From NCBI GenBank assembly GCA_963712745.1, contig CAVQJC010000011.1, positions 160,001 to 224,000 on the forward strand: DNA of 64,000 nt, read 5' to 3'. The translations under genes were made by a program, and so were the position numbers. Under the pieces are notes generated by a model that was given only the letters and a program-made list of their open reading frames with translations, made no database searches and had not been told where the DNA came from. The first letter of the stretch is position 1. The number at the start of each line of letters is the position of its first letter. Shown piece by piece: positions 1 through 10,085 of the stretch. The DNA is from an uncultured Chloroflexia bacterium. GTDB lineage: Bacteria; Chloroflexota; Limnocylindria; Limnocylindrales; CSP1-4.

Positions 1-672
1 TTGCCCGGTCCCGACGAGACGACCAACCTCTACTCCAACATCACGTCTGACCCGCGCGACATCGGCGCGGCCATGGCCGACTACCTCATCGCGCGGACCT
101 GCGGCACGGCCAAGAGCGTCGTCCTCTTCGACTCGGTCTACGAGATCGCCGAGTTCAAGGGCGTGGCCATGGCCGACCGCCTCGAGGAGTGCGCCGGCTG
201 CGAGCTGCTCGAATACGTCGACTCTCCGCTTTCCGAGCTCGAGACCCGTCAGCCGCAGCTGTGCACCAACTGGGCCGTCGAGTACGGCACGGACTGGTCG
301 GCCATGACCATCTACGACGACATCTGGAACTTCTGCACGCCCTCACTCGGCGATGCCGGCGTGGGTCCCGGTGACGTCGCCCTCGTCGCCTCCGACGGCA
401 CCGAGGCCGGCTACACCCGTATCCGCGACGGCCAGTATCAGGTCGCCACGGTCCCCGAGCCTGCCGAGCTGCAGGCGTACATGGCCATCGACGATGCCAT
501 CCGCGCCATGGCCGGCGAGGCACCTGCAGGCTGGGACCAGCCGGTCTTCATCCACTTCAAGGACGGCATCCACGGTGACAACCTCGCCATCGAGGGTGGC
601 GACCAGGGGCAGTTCTTCCCCAGCAACGACTACAAGAACCGGTACCTGGAGCTCTGGGGGGTCGAGCAGTAG
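1..672 (+). CDS. Sugar ABC transporter substrate-binding protein (RbsB/Peripla_BP_4 type), 5'-truncated by window edge
   Basis: Class I SBP C-terminal half (ITSDP..IGAAMADY, ASDG, ATVPEP, AIRAMAG); directly upstream of a CUT2 ATPase and permease. Confidence 0.85.
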   Translation: MPGPDETTNLYSNITSDPRDIGAAMADYLIARTCGTAKSVVLFDSVYEIAEFKGVAMADRLEECAGCELLEYVDSPLSELETRQPQLCTNWAVEYGTDWSAMTIYDDIWNFCTPSLGDAGVGPGDVALVASDGTEAGYTRIRDGQYQVATVPEPAELQAYMAIDDAIRAMAGEAPAGWDQPVFIHFKDGIHGDNLAIEGGDQGQFFPSNDYKNRYLELWGVEQ

Positions 673-710
673 CCGACTGACCCGAACCCTGGGGGACCAC
701 TTCGACCATT

Positions 711-753
711 GGGATGGGAGCCTCTCTGGCTAGTCCGGGGCTCCCGTCCCTTT
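711..753 (+). terminator. Stem-loop after SBP gene (terminator or mRNA-stabilising hairpin)
   Basis: GGGATGGGAGCC ... GGCTCCCGTCCC inverted repeat followed by TTT. Confidence 0.55.
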
Positions 754-767
754 CCATGGACCGACAC

Positions 768-2318
768 ATGAGCGATGCGAACGATCTGAACCCGCAGGCC
801 AGGCCCGGGCACGATGCGGCCACGCTGCTGGCCATCGAGGGGCTGACCAAGCAGTTCCCGGGCACACTCGCGCTGGACGCGGTCGACTTCGAGGTGCGTA
901 CGGGCGAGATCCACGCGCTCGTCGGCGAGAACGGCGCCGGCAAGTCCACGCTCATCAAGATCCTGGCCGGCATCTATCCGGCCGACAGCGGGACCATCTC
1001 CCTGGGCGGCCAGCCGTACGATCCGGCGCACGAACATCGGATCGCCTTCATCCACCAGGACCTGGGCCTCTTCATCCAGTTCTCGGTGGCCGAGAACATC
1101 GCGGTGGTCGCCGGCTATGAACGGCCCAGGGGCCTGATCTCCTGGCCCCAGGTGCGCGAACGCGCACGCCACATCCTGACCTCGATGGGCAGCGACGTCG
1201 ATGTCGAGGATCCAGTCGCGGCGCTGACGTCGGCGGAGCGGTCGATCGTGGCCATCGCCCGAGCGCTCGCGCTCGACGCCGACGTGCTGGTGCTGGACGA
1301 ACCCACAGCATCGCTGCCGGAGACCGACGTCCGCCGGCTCTTCGACATCCTGCACGGCTTGCGGGACCGCGGCATGGGCGTCGTCTTCGTCAGCCATCGA
1401 CTGGACGAGGTCTTCCGCCTGGCCGATCGCGTCACCGTGCTGCGTGACGGACGACGGATCGAGACCTCGGCCGTGGCCGACACCTCGCCCTCGCGGCTCG
1501 TGGCCGCCATCGTCGGCCGTGAGCTGTCGGACATGTTCATCGACCCGCAGCCACCTGGTGACGAGATCGTCCTCGAGCTCAAGGATTTCGAGGTCGGTGC
1601 CGTCGGCCCGGTCAGCCTGCGTCTGTACCGGGGTGAGATCCTGGGGCTGGTCGGGCTGCGCGGTGCCGGTCAGGACCTGGTCGGCCGGGCGGTCTTCGGC
1701 GATACCGGCGACTTCGTGCAGGCGGGTGCCATCCGCGTCCTGGAGAAGCCCTTCCGCGCACGGACTCCCGCCGACGCCATGTCGAGCGGCGTGGCCTTCG
1801 TGTCGAGCAAGCGCACCGAGGAAGGCGTGGCCGGCAGCCTGACGGTGCGCGAGAACATCTACCCCAACGCCGCCATGCAGGGTCAGTCCCTGCTCCGACC
1901 CATGCGGCCAGCCGAAGAGCGTCGCCGCATCAAGGCCGTGATGGAGCGCTTCGATGTTCGGCCACGTGATCCCGAGCGGGAGGTCGGTACGCTTTCCGGC
2001 GGCAACCAGCAGAAGTCCATCCTGGCACGCTGGCTGGAGGCCCAGAGTGGGCTGCTCGTGCTGGAGGAGCCGACCTTTGGCGTCGACGTCGGTGCGCGCG
2101 CAGAGATCTACCGCATCCTCGGTCAGTACGTGTCGCAGGGGAACGCCGTGCTCCTGGTCTCCTCTGACTTCGAGGAGGTCGCGGGCATCTCCAACCGGGC
2201 CCTGGTCTTCCGGCGCGGACGGGTCGTCGCCGAGGTCCCTCGTGACGAGCTGTCCGTCCTTCGACTCACCGGGCTGGCGACGGGCGCCACCGAGGCTGAG
2301 CTGAAGGCTGCCTCGTGA
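768..2318 (+). CDS. CUT2 sugar ABC transporter ATP-binding protein (RbsA-like, two NBDs)
   Basis: Walker A GENGAGKST, LDEPT, SHRL, second-domain LSGGNQQK; start ATG 768 chosen (756 possible). Confidence 0.95.
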   Translation: MSDANDLNPQARPGHDAATLLAIEGLTKQFPGTLALDAVDFEVRTGEIHALVGENGAGKSTLIKILAGIYPADSGTISLGGQPYDPAHEHRIAFIHQDLGLFIQFSVAENIAVVAGYERPRGLISWPQVRERARHILTSMGSDVDVEDPVAALTSAERSIVAIARALALDADVLVLDEPTASLPETDVRRLFDILHGLRDRGMGVVFVSHRLDEVFRLADRVTVLRDGRRIETSAVADTSPSRLVAAIVGRELSDMFIDPQPPGDEIVLELKDFEVGAVGPVSLRLYRGEILGLVGLRGAGQDLVGRAVFGDTGDFVQAGAIRVLEKPFRARTPADAMSSGVAFVSSKRTEEGVAGSLTVRENIYPNAAMQGQSLLRPMRPAEERRRIKAVMERFDVRPRDPEREVGTLSGGNQQKSILARWLEAQSGLLVLEEPTFGVDVGARAEIYRILGQYVSQGNAVLLVSSDFEEVAGISNRALVFRRGRVVAEVPRDELSVLRLTGLATGATEAELKAAS

Positions 2319-3304
2319 GCTCCCGCATCCTGCGCTTCCTGTCCGTCTACGGCCTGCCCTTGCTGCTGCTGGCGCTCTTCATCCTGTTCGCCCTGCTGCT
2401 GCCGAACACCTTCCCCACCGAGTACAACATCCGCTCGATGCTGGCCGACAAGTCGGTCATCGCCCTGTTGGCGCTCGCGGAGATGGTGCCCATCTCGGCC
2501 GGCGCCTTCGATCTCTCCATCGGCTGGGGCATCGGCCTCTACCACATCCTCACCGTGGGCCTCATCGACCAGGGCGTTCCCTGGCCGTTGGTCGTTGTCC
2601 TCGTGCTGGGCTGTGGCCTGCTGGTCGGGACCATCATCGGCCTGCTGGTGACGCGGGGCGGCATCGACCCCTTCATCGCCAGCCTGGGCGTGGGCACGTT
2701 CCTGTTCGGTGTGTCGCTGTGGTACGCGCCGCAGCAGATCGTGGCCTCCATCCCGCCCGAGCTCCGCTCGCTGGTGACCACCTTCGACCTTGGCATCACC
2801 AGGGTCCCCATACCCTTCGTCTATGTCGTCATCGTGGCCATCATCCTGTGGACGATGTTCGAGCGCCTGCCCCTTGGCCGGTACCTCTACATGCTGGGCG
2901 CCAACCAGCGCGCCGCGGAGCTCATCGGCATCTCGCCCAAGCGCTACATCACCTTCGCCTTCCAGTGTTCGGGGGTCATCGCGGCCTTCGCCGGCGTCGT
3001 CCTCGGCGTCCGGCTCGGGGTGGCCCAGACCGCCATCGGGCCCGACTTCCTGCTGCCGGCCTTCGCCGCGGTGTTCCTGGGCTCGACCACCATCCGCCCG
3101 GGTCGGGTCAACGTCCTGGGCACGCTCGTGGCCGTCTTCGTCATCGCGGTCGTGTCGGCCGGCATGGCGCAGCTTGGCGCACAGTTCTATGTCGACCCCA
3201 TGTTCAACGGCATCATGCTCGTGGCCTCGGTCGGGCTGGCCGCCTATGCCGCTCGCCGGCGCATGCGCATCCGGGCTGCTGCCGACGCGGCGGCACTCCA
3301 ATGA
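2315..3304 (+). CDS. CUT2 sugar ABC transporter permease (RbsC-like)
   Basis: Hydrophobic; FDLSIG, GRYLYMLGAN..AAELIGI, AAVFLG motifs; overlaps ATPase stop. Confidence 0.95.
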   Translation: MSSRILRFLSVYGLPLLLLALFILFALLLPNTFPTEYNIRSMLADKSVIALLALAEMVPISAGAFDLSIGWGIGLYHILTVGLIDQGVPWPLVVVLVLGCGLLVGTIIGLLVTRGGIDPFIASLGVGTFLFGVSLWYAPQQIVASIPPELRSLVTTFDLGITRVPIPFVYVVIVAIILWTMFERLPLGRYLYMLGANQRAAELIGISPKRYITFAFQCSGVIAAFAGVVLGVRLGVAQTAIGPDFLLPAFAAVFLGSTTIRPGRVNVLGTLVAVFVIAVVSAGMAQLGAQFYVDPMFNGIMLVASVGLAAYAARRRMRIRAAADAAALQ

Positions 3305-3328
3305 GCGGCCCGTAGGCGGCGCAGCACG

Positions 3329-4141
3329 ATGACTGACGGCCTGGAGATCTTCTCGCTCGCGGGGCGGACGGCCCTGGTCGCGGGCGCCAGCCGCGGCATC
3401 GGCCTGGCCGTCGCACGGTCGATGGCCCAGGCGGGAGCCCACACCATCCTGGCAGCCAGGTCGGTCGCGGTGCTCGAGGAGCGCGTGGCGGATCTCCGTG
3501 CCGCGGGCTGCGCGGCCGAATGGCGGCAGCTGGACACGACCGACGCCGACTCGATCGAGCGCCTGACGCGGGCCCTGCCAGCGGTCGACATCCTCGTGAA
3601 CATCGTCGGCACCAACGTGCGCAAGCCGTTCCTGGACTACACCCGGTCCGAGTACGACGCCATGTTCGAGACGAACGTCAACGGGCTGGTCCAGCTGACG
3701 CAGCAGCTGGGCGGTCGGATGATCGAGCGCGGCAAGGGCGGCAAGGTCCTCTTCATCGGCAGCCTGGTCGTCCACATCGGCGTGCCCAACGTCTCGGTCT
3801 ACGCCATGACCAAGGGTGCGCTGGCAGGCCTGACCAAGGCACTGGCTGCCGAATGGGCGGCCCATCACGTCCAGGTCAACTGCATCATCCCCGGCCTCAT
3901 CCTCACCGAGCTCAACGCCAGCATGTGGGAGCTGCCGGAGATGCGTGAGTGGCTGGTCACCGCCCAGGCCGATCCGCGCCTTGGTACGCCCGAAGACATC
4001 GCGCCCCTCGCGGTCTTCCTGGCCGGCAGGGCCTCCGACTACATCACCGGCCAGCTCATCGCGGTGGACGGTGGCTACACGACGACCAAGATGTGGCCGT
4101 TCAGGGGAGACGAAGCGAGCGCGGGGGAGGGCGATCGATGA
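3329..4141 (+). CDS. SDR oxidoreductase (gluconate 5-dehydrogenase/KduD-like)
   Basis: GASRGIG, catalytic YAMTK, VNCIIPG, C-terminal YITGQLIAVDGG. Confidence 0.9.
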   Translation: MTDGLEIFSLAGRTALVAGASRGIGLAVARSMAQAGAHTILAARSVAVLEERVADLRAAGCAAEWRQLDTTDADSIERLTRALPAVDILVNIVGTNVRKPFLDYTRSEYDAMFETNVNGLVQLTQQLGGRMIERGKGGKVLFIGSLVVHIGVPNVSVYAMTKGALAGLTKALAAEWAAHHVQVNCIIPGLILTELNASMWELPEMREWLVTAQADPRLGTPEDIAPLAVFLAGRASDYITGQLIAVDGGYTTTKMWPFRGDEASAGEGDR

Positions 4142-5139
4142 CGCATGCCTACGAGCGAGTGCTCATCACCGGGGGTTCCGGTTTCATCGGCAGCTACCTG
4201 GCCCGGACGCTGCTGGCGCAGGGCAGGGTCGTCATGAACCTCGATGTGCGTCCCCCAGCGCCCGAAGCGCTCCACGTCCTGGGCCATCAGGCGGCGCGAT
4301 ACCACTACCTGCCGGGCGGCGTGGAGGACTGGGGTCCGCTGCTGGAGGAGATTCGGCAGCATCGGCCGACCGCCATCATCCACGGCGCGGCCATCGTCGA
4401 CGTCGGTCGCCTCCGGACCGACCCACTGCCTGCCGCTCGCATCAACTTCGGCGGCACGCTCAATGTCCTCGAGGCGGCCCGGATCAGTGGCGTGGAGCGC
4501 GTCCTGCTCATCTCGTCCATCGGCGTGCTGCCCACCATCCAGCAGGAGCCGGTGCCGCCCGACCACCCGCTCATCCTCGCCGGCGAAGGCCCCGGATCGG
4601 GCTTCTATGGTGCTGCCAAGGTAGCCAGCGAGGCCTTCGGGTTCGCCTATCACTCCGGCTTTGGCCTGGACTTCCGGGTGGTGCGGCCCACGGCGCCGTA
4701 CGGCCTGGGCATGGGCTGGCCGATGTTCGTGAAGACGATGGTGGAGGGAGCCATCCGCGGGGAGGCGGTCCGCTTCGCCAGCGGCGGCTCGTACCCTCGT
4801 GCCTACACGCACATCGAGGACGTGACCGCGCTGACCATCGCCGTGCTCGATGCGCCGGCCGGGTCGGACCGAGTCTTCTACGCCAGCAATGGTGAAGCGC
4901 TGGTGACCGCCTCGCAGGTCGCTGACATCGTGCGTGATGTCGTGCCCGGTGCTGACATCGAGGTCGGCGAGGAGCTCCTGGAGGCGGACCGCTTCGAGCT
5001 TCAGATCCGCAAACGACTGTCCATCGAGAACGCCCGGCAGCAACTCGGATATGAGCCGCGATTCGGGCACATGCGAGATGGCGTGGCCGAATACGTCGAA
5101 CGCTATCGAGAGTTCCTGGACGCACGGGAGGCTCGCTGA
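4138..5139 (+). CDS. NAD-dependent epimerase/dehydratase (extended SDR)
   Basis: ITGGSGFIG, HGAA, ISS, YGAAK; ATG 4138 overlaps upstream stop. Confidence 0.9.
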   Translation: MTHAYERVLITGGSGFIGSYLARTLLAQGRVVMNLDVRPPAPEALHVLGHQAARYHYLPGGVEDWGPLLEEIRQHRPTAIIHGAAIVDVGRLRTDPLPAARINFGGTLNVLEAARISGVERVLLISSIGVLPTIQQEPVPPDHPLILAGEGPGSGFYGAAKVASEAFGFAYHSGFGLDFRVVRPTAPYGLGMGWPMFVKTMVEGAIRGEAVRFASGGSYPRAYTHIEDVTALTIAVLDAPAGSDRVFYASNGEALVTASQVADIVRDVVPGADIEVGEELLEADRFELQIRKRLSIENARQQLGYEPRFGHMRDGVAEYVERYREFLDAREAR

Positions 5140-5168
5140 TGGCTGATCCCGAGATGGCCGATCCCGAG
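5139..5168 (+). repeat. 15-bp tandem duplication at SDR start (MADPE-MADPE)
   Basis: ATGGCTGATCCCGAG followed by ATGGCCGATCCCGAG. Confidence 0.8.
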
Positions 5169-6023
5169 GGCGCCCGACTGACCCCGTGGCAGCGGCGTTT
5201 CTCTCTCGACGGTCGCGTGGCCCTCGTGACCGGCGCCGGCGGTGGCATCGGCCGCGCCTTCGCCTGGGCGCTGGCTGAAGCCGGTGCGCGCGTGGCGGCC
5301 CACGACCGGTCGGTCGCAGCCCTCAAGCCGGCCAGGGACCTGCTCGGGCGCGATGAGCTCACCATGGACGAGTTCGAGGCCGACCTCGAAGATGTCGACG
5401 TCTGCGGCGAACTGGTCGCCGCGGTCCACGCTCGCTGCGGTCGCCTCGATGTGCTGGTCAACTGCGCGGGCATCGTGTCTCGCTCACGCATCGCCGACAT
5501 CGACGTCGAGACCTTCGACCGCGTCGTCGCCGTCGACGTGCGAGCTCCCTACTTCCTGTCGCAGGCGGCACACCGGGTGATGCGCGACCAGGGCGGCGGC
5601 TGCATCGTCAACATCGGCTCGGTCAACAGCTTCTTCGGGCTCGACACGGCCTCGGTCTATGGGTTGGCCAAGGGGGCTCTCACGCAGTTCACCAAGGCAG
5701 CCGCGGTGGAGTGGGCCAGCGACCGCGTGCGTGTCAACTGCATCGTCCCCGGCTTCACGCAGACGCCCATCAACGTCGAGGCCCTGTGGGGAAACCGGCG
5801 TCGCCGCGCGTGGATCCTGGACCGCGTACCCATGGCCCGCCCGGGCCTGCCGGACGACCTTGTGGGCGCACTCCTCTACCTGGCTTCCGATGCCTCGGCG
5901 TTCATGACCGGCCAGACGCTCGTCGTCGACGGCGGGTTCCTGGCCGGCGGCTCGTGGGATTACCAGGGACCACTGGCCTGGGCCGAAGCCCACGCCGCCG
6001 ACGGCCCGCAGGAGGGTTCATGA
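5139..6023 (+). CDS. SDR oxidoreductase (KduD/gluconate 5-dehydrogenase-like)
   Basis: TGAGGGIG, VNCAG, YGLAK, MTGQTLVVDGG. Confidence 0.9.
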   Translation: MADPEMADPEGARLTPWQRRFSLDGRVALVTGAGGGIGRAFAWALAEAGARVAAHDRSVAALKPARDLLGRDELTMDEFEADLEDVDVCGELVAAVHARCGRLDVLVNCAGIVSRSRIADIDVETFDRVVAVDVRAPYFLSQAAHRVMRDQGGGCIVNIGSVNSFFGLDTASVYGLAKGALTQFTKAAAVEWASDRVRVNCIVPGFTQTPINVEALWGNRRRRAWILDRVPMARPGLPDDLVGALLYLASDASAFMTGQTLVVDGGFLAGGSWDYQGPLAWAEAHAADGPQEGS

Positions 6024-7045
6024 CTGGCGTCCCCGGCGAGGCGGGACGGGGGCTCGACGGCAGCGAGCTCATCGACGCCTACCGCACGATGGCGCTGATC
6101 CGTGCCTTCGAAGAGGCCATCCTGGTCCTGTACAAGAAGGGCAAGCTTCCCGGCTTCATGCACGTATCGGTGGGCCAGGAAGCTGTCCCGGCGGGTGTCT
6201 GTCAGGTCTTGCGGGCGGACGACATCACGACCAGCCCCCATCGGAACCACGGTCACGTCATCGCCAAGGGCGTGCCCATCGAGGCCATGATGGCCGAGAT
6301 GTTCGGCCGTGCTGGTGGTGTCTGCCGGGGCAAGGGCGGCTCACTGCATATCGCCCACGTCCCGGCCGGCGCCGTCGGCGCCAACGGCATCGTGGCTGCC
6401 GGCATGCCTATCGCCGCTGGCCTGGCGCTCGGCTACCGGCAGGCCGGAGAGGACCGCGTCGTCGTCGCGTTCGTGGGTGACGGCGCCATCGCGAACGGCA
6501 CGTCCCACGAGACGCTGAACCTGGCCTCGCTCTGGCGCCTGCCACTGGTCGTGGTGCGCGAGGACAACCAGTACGCCGAATCCACGCCGCGGCACGACTA
6601 CCAGGCCATCCCCGACATCGTGCGCTATGCACAGAGCTACGGTCTCGCTGCGACCGCCGTCGACGGCAACGACGTCGAGGCCGTGGCGGCGGCCACGCGT
6701 GAGGCCGTGGTGCGGGCCCGAGCGGGCGGAGGCCCCTCGTTGCTGCAATGTGAGACGTACCGCTGGTACGGACACAACATCGGGGATCAAGGGGCCTATC
6801 GCGCGGATGAAGAGGTGGAGCGCTGGCGCATGCGTGATCCCCTGCGCCTCGCCCGCGAGCGTGCCGTAGCGCGCGGGGCGGGCACCGAGGCCGGATTGGA
6901 CGACATCGACGCCGAGGTCGCCGCACGTCTCGAGCTCGCCATCGAGGCCGCAGCGGCCATGCCCGAGCCGCCGGCCGCGTGGGCCACCGAGGATGTCTAT
7001 GCCACGCCCGAGATGGAGCGGCGCGTGCTGGGGGTCCGGCCATGA
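6020..7045 (+). CDS. TPP-dependent dehydrogenase E1 alpha subunit (AcoA/PdhA-like), copy 1
   Basis: GQEA, HRNHGH, GKGGSLH, TPP motif GDGA...N, TYRWYGH; GGAGG RBS before ATG 6020. Confidence 0.93.
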   Translation: MTGVPGEAGRGLDGSELIDAYRTMALIRAFEEAILVLYKKGKLPGFMHVSVGQEAVPAGVCQVLRADDITTSPHRNHGHVIAKGVPIEAMMAEMFGRAGGVCRGKGGSLHIAHVPAGAVGANGIVAAGMPIAAGLALGYRQAGEDRVVVAFVGDGAIANGTSHETLNLASLWRLPLVVVREDNQYAESTPRHDYQAIPDIVRYAQSYGLAATAVDGNDVEAVAAATREAVVRARAGGGPSLLQCETYRWYGHNIGDQGAYRADEEVERWRMRDPLRLARERAVARGAGTEAGLDDIDAEVAARLELAIEAAAAMPEPPAAWATEDVYATPEMERRVLGVRP

Positions 7046-8016
7046 CGCGACTGCGCTATCGCGAAGCGCTGAACGGGGCGCTCCGCGAGGAGCTCCAACG
7101 CGACCCGCGCGTCTTCCTCATGGGTGAGGACCTGCGCGACCCCTGGGGCGGCACCTTCAAGGTGACCGAGGGCCTGTCGACCGAGTTCGGCGATCGCGTG
7201 CTCAACACCCCCATCTCGGAGAATGCGATCGTGGGCACCGCCCTCGGCGCGGCCCTGGCCGGCCGCCGGCCCATCGTCGAGCTGATGTTCCTCGACTTCG
7301 TCTTCCTGGCCCTCGACCAGATCGCCAACCAGGTGGCCAAGATCCGCTACATGACTGGTGGCCAGGTGACGGTGCCCCTCGTGGTCCGCTTGCCCGGGGG
7401 TGGCTACCTCAATGCCTCCGCGCAGCACAGCCAGAGTCTGGAAGCGATCCTCGCCCATATCCCGGGCCTGCTGGTGGCGTCACCGTCCACGCCGGCTGAT
7501 GCCAAGGCGCTGCTCAAGACGGCCGTCCGCCTTGATGACCCGGTCTGCTTCATCGAGCACAAGGCGCTGTACCCGGTTCGCGGCGAGGTACCCGAAGGCG
7601 AGCACCTCCTGCCGTTCGGCGAGGCCAGCAAGGTGCGCTCCGGCCACGACGTGACCGTGGTCGCGTGGTCATTGATGGTGTCGATGTCGCTCCAGGCTGC
7701 CGAGCGCCTGGCCGAGTCGGGCGTCCAGGCTGAGGTCATCGATATCCGGACGCTCGTACCGCTCGACGAACGGGCCATCCTCGAGTCCGCGGCGCGGACG
7801 GGCCGGCTGCTGATCGTCCAGGAAGCACCGCGGCGCGCCGGCTTCGGAGCGGAGATCGCCGCGCTCGTGGCCGAGCGCCTGCCCGGGACGGCCATCGCCC
7901 GCGTCGCCGGCCTGGACACGCCCATCCCCATGGCCCCCAACCTTGAGCGTGCCGTGCTGCCATCGGTCGAGCGGATCCACGACGCCGCCGTGAACCTGGT
8001 TGGCGGTGGCGCGTGA
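7042..8016 (+). CDS. TPP-dependent dehydrogenase E1 beta subunit (AcoB/PdhB-like), copy 1
   Basis: MGED, NTPISE, ELMFLDF, AQHSQS, EHKALY, DIRTLVPLD. Confidence 0.93.
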   Translation: MTRLRYREALNGALREELQRDPRVFLMGEDLRDPWGGTFKVTEGLSTEFGDRVLNTPISENAIVGTALGAALAGRRPIVELMFLDFVFLALDQIANQVAKIRYMTGGQVTVPLVVRLPGGGYLNASAQHSQSLEAILAHIPGLLVASPSTPADAKALLKTAVRLDDPVCFIEHKALYPVRGEVPEGEHLLPFGEASKVRSGHDVTVVAWSLMVSMSLQAAERLAESGVQAEVIDIRTLVPLDERAILESAARTGRLLIVQEAPRRAGFGAEIAALVAERLPGTAIARVAGLDTPIPMAPNLERAVLPSVERIHDAAVNLVGGGA

Positions 8017-8025
8017 GAGCTGGGG

Positions 8026-8067
8026 TGTATACGATGCTAGACAGGTATATGTCAGGTCGGGTAGAGT
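8026..8067 (+). promoter_or_regulatory. Putative internal sigma70-type promoter with operator-like sequences
   Basis: TAGACA(8038)-N18-TAGAGT(8062); TGTATACG at 8026; GACA-N6-TGTC dyad at 8040-8053; AT-rich island in an 81-bp gap. Confidence 0.45.
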
Positions 8068-8097
8068 CGAGATGACGAACCAGCGCGAGGGAGGACG

Positions 8098-9087
8098 ATG
8101 ACAGCACTGCTTGAGACTCCCGGGATCGACCTCGACGCCCCCATCGACCTCGAGCCCATCACGGAGGACCGCGCTGTCGAGCTGTACTCGCGGATGGCGC
8201 TCATCCGCGAGTTCGAGAGTCGCGTGAACGCGCTCTTCCTGCAGGGCCGCATCCCCGGCACCATCCATCTCTCGCACGGCCAGGAAGCCTGCGCCGTAGG
8301 CGGGACGGCATCGCTGCGGCCGACCGATCCGATCACCATCACGCACCGCGGGCATGGGCAGGCCCTGGCCAAGGGCTCCTCTGCGCGAGGACTGATGGCG
8401 GAGCTCTACGCCAAGGAGACCGGCTGCTGCCGGGGCATGGGCGGCTCGCTCCACGTGGGCGACTGGTCCGTGGGGGCGCTGCCGGGCATCTCCATCGTGG
8501 GTGCCTCGATCCCCATCGCGGCCGGCCTCGCCTTCGCCGCCCGGTACCTGGGCGAGGACAAGGTCGCGGTCTGCTTCACCGGCGACGGCGCCACCACCGA
8601 AGGCGACGCGCACGAGGGCTACAACCTGGCCTCGCTGTGGAAGGTGCCGGTCGTCTACGTCTGCGAGAACAACCTCTACTCGATCAGCACGCGGGTGGAC
8701 CGCCAGGCGCCGGTCACGTCCGTGGCCGAGCGCGTGCGTGCCTATGACCTGCCCTCCGAAGTCGTGGACGGCAACGACGTGGTCGCGGTCACGCTGGCCG
8801 TGGAGCGCGCGGTGGCCAAGGCGCGGGCCGGGGAGGGTCCCTCGCTCGTCGAGTGCCTGACGTACCGGCAGGGCGGCCACAAGCGCGACGACCCGGGTAC
8901 CTATCGGCCGCGCGAGGAGGTCGAGATGTGGCTGCGGCGCGACCCAGTGAAACGGATGCGTACGGCTCTCGACGGCGCCGGGCTGGGGTCACGCGCGGAC
9001 GCTGCCGAGCAGCAGGCGGTGGGCATCATCGACGACGCCGTCATCTTCGCTGAGGAAAGCCCACTGGCTACGGGGCTCATCGAATGA
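8098..9087 (+). CDS. TPP-dependent dehydrogenase E1 alpha subunit, copy 2
   Basis: GQEA, HRGHG, GMGGSLH, GDGA...ENNLY, TYRQGGH. Confidence 0.93.
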   Translation: MTALLETPGIDLDAPIDLEPITEDRAVELYSRMALIREFESRVNALFLQGRIPGTIHLSHGQEACAVGGTASLRPTDPITITHRGHGQALAKGSSARGLMAELYAKETGCCRGMGGSLHVGDWSVGALPGISIVGASIPIAAGLAFAARYLGEDKVAVCFTGDGATTEGDAHEGYNLASLWKVPVVYVCENNLYSISTRVDRQAPVTSVAERVRAYDLPSEVVDGNDVVAVTLAVERAVAKARAGEGPSLVECLTYRQGGHKRDDPGTYRPREEVEMWLRRDPVKRMRTALDGAGLGSRADAAEQQAVGIIDDAVIFAEESPLATGLIE

Positions 9088-10085
9088 GCACCACGGTCAT
9101 CGAGGCACTGCGCAGCGGGCTGGCCGGCGAGATGGAGGCCGACTCCCGCGTCGTGGCCATGGGCGAGGACATCAGCATCGGCGGCTCGTTCCACCTGAGC
9201 CTGGGCTTGCTCGACCGGTTCGGGCCCGAACGCATCCTGGATACGCCGGTCGCGGAGGCCGGCTTCGTGGGCCTGGCCATCGGTGCCGCCATCGGCGGCC
9301 TGCGGCCGGTCGTCGACTTCCAGTACGGCGATTTCCTGCTGCCGGCCGCCGACCAGATCATCCAGCAGGCCAGCAAGTTCAGGCTCATGTCCGGCGGCAA
9401 GGTCCGGGTCCCCTTGACCCTCCATGCGCCCACCGGCGCGTCGGGCCGCGGGGCCCAGCATGCCAACTCGATCGAGAACCTCTTCTTCGGCGTTCCCGGG
9501 CTGGCCGTGGGCGTGCCCTCCAATCCCTACGACGCCAAGGGCATGTTCACGACCGCCATCCGGCACCCCGACCCGGTGCTCATCTGCAGCCACAAGCACC
9601 TCTACGGATCCAAGGGCCGCGCGGTGGAGGCGACGGCGCTCGGGGACGTCCCCGACGAGCCCTATGAGCTGCCCATCGGGCAGGCCGAGGTCCGCCGCCC
9701 CGGCGCTGACGTGACCATCGTCGGCGCCCTGCTCATGGTCCACCGCGCCCTGGCCGCGGCCGATGAGCTCGCGGCCGAGGGCATCGAGGCCGAGGTCGTC
9801 GACCTGCGCTGGCTGAGCCCGATGGACACCGACACGGTCGTCGAGTCGGTGCAAGCAAGACCGGCCGCTGCGTCATCGTGCAGGAAGGCTCACCGCTGGG
9901 TGGCTGGGGTGGGACGGTCGCTGCCGCGGTCGCCGACCGTGCCATCGAGTACCTCGATGGGCCGGTCAAGTCGATCACCGGTCCGCCCTACGGCATCCCC
10001 TTCGCCCCCCATCTCGAGGCCCAGGTCGTGCCCACGGCCGAGCGCATCGCCGACGAGGTCCGCTGCGCTCATGGGGGCCGCCTGA
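9084..10085 (+). CDS. TPP-dependent dehydrogenase E1 beta subunit, copy 2 (two compensating frameshifts, ~9855 and ~10064)
   Basis: MGEDI, DTPVAE, DFQYGDF, AQHANS, DLRWLSPMD; the true C-terminus (KTGRCVIVQE...IPFAPHLEAQVVP) lies in another frame. Confidence 0.88.
   Translation: MSTTVIEALRSGLAGEMEADSRVVAMGEDISIGGSFHLSLGLLDRFGPERILDTPVAEAGFVGLAIGAAIGGLRPVVDFQYGDFLLPAADQIIQQASKFRLMSGGKVRVPLTLHAPTGASGRGAQHANSIENLFFGVPGLAVGVPSNPYDAKGMFTTAIRHPDPVLICSHKHLYGSKGRAVEATALGDVPDEPYELPIGQAEVRRPGADVTIVGALLMVHRALAAADELAAEGIEAEVVDLRWLSPMDTDTVVESVQARPAAASSCRKAHRWVAGVGRSLPRSPTVPSSTSMGRSSRSPVRPTASPSPPISRPRSCPRPSASPTRSAALMGAA

Noticed and set aside
5139-5168. Regulatory significance of the MADPE duplication
   Set aside because: Most simply a small slippage event in a dispensable N-terminus
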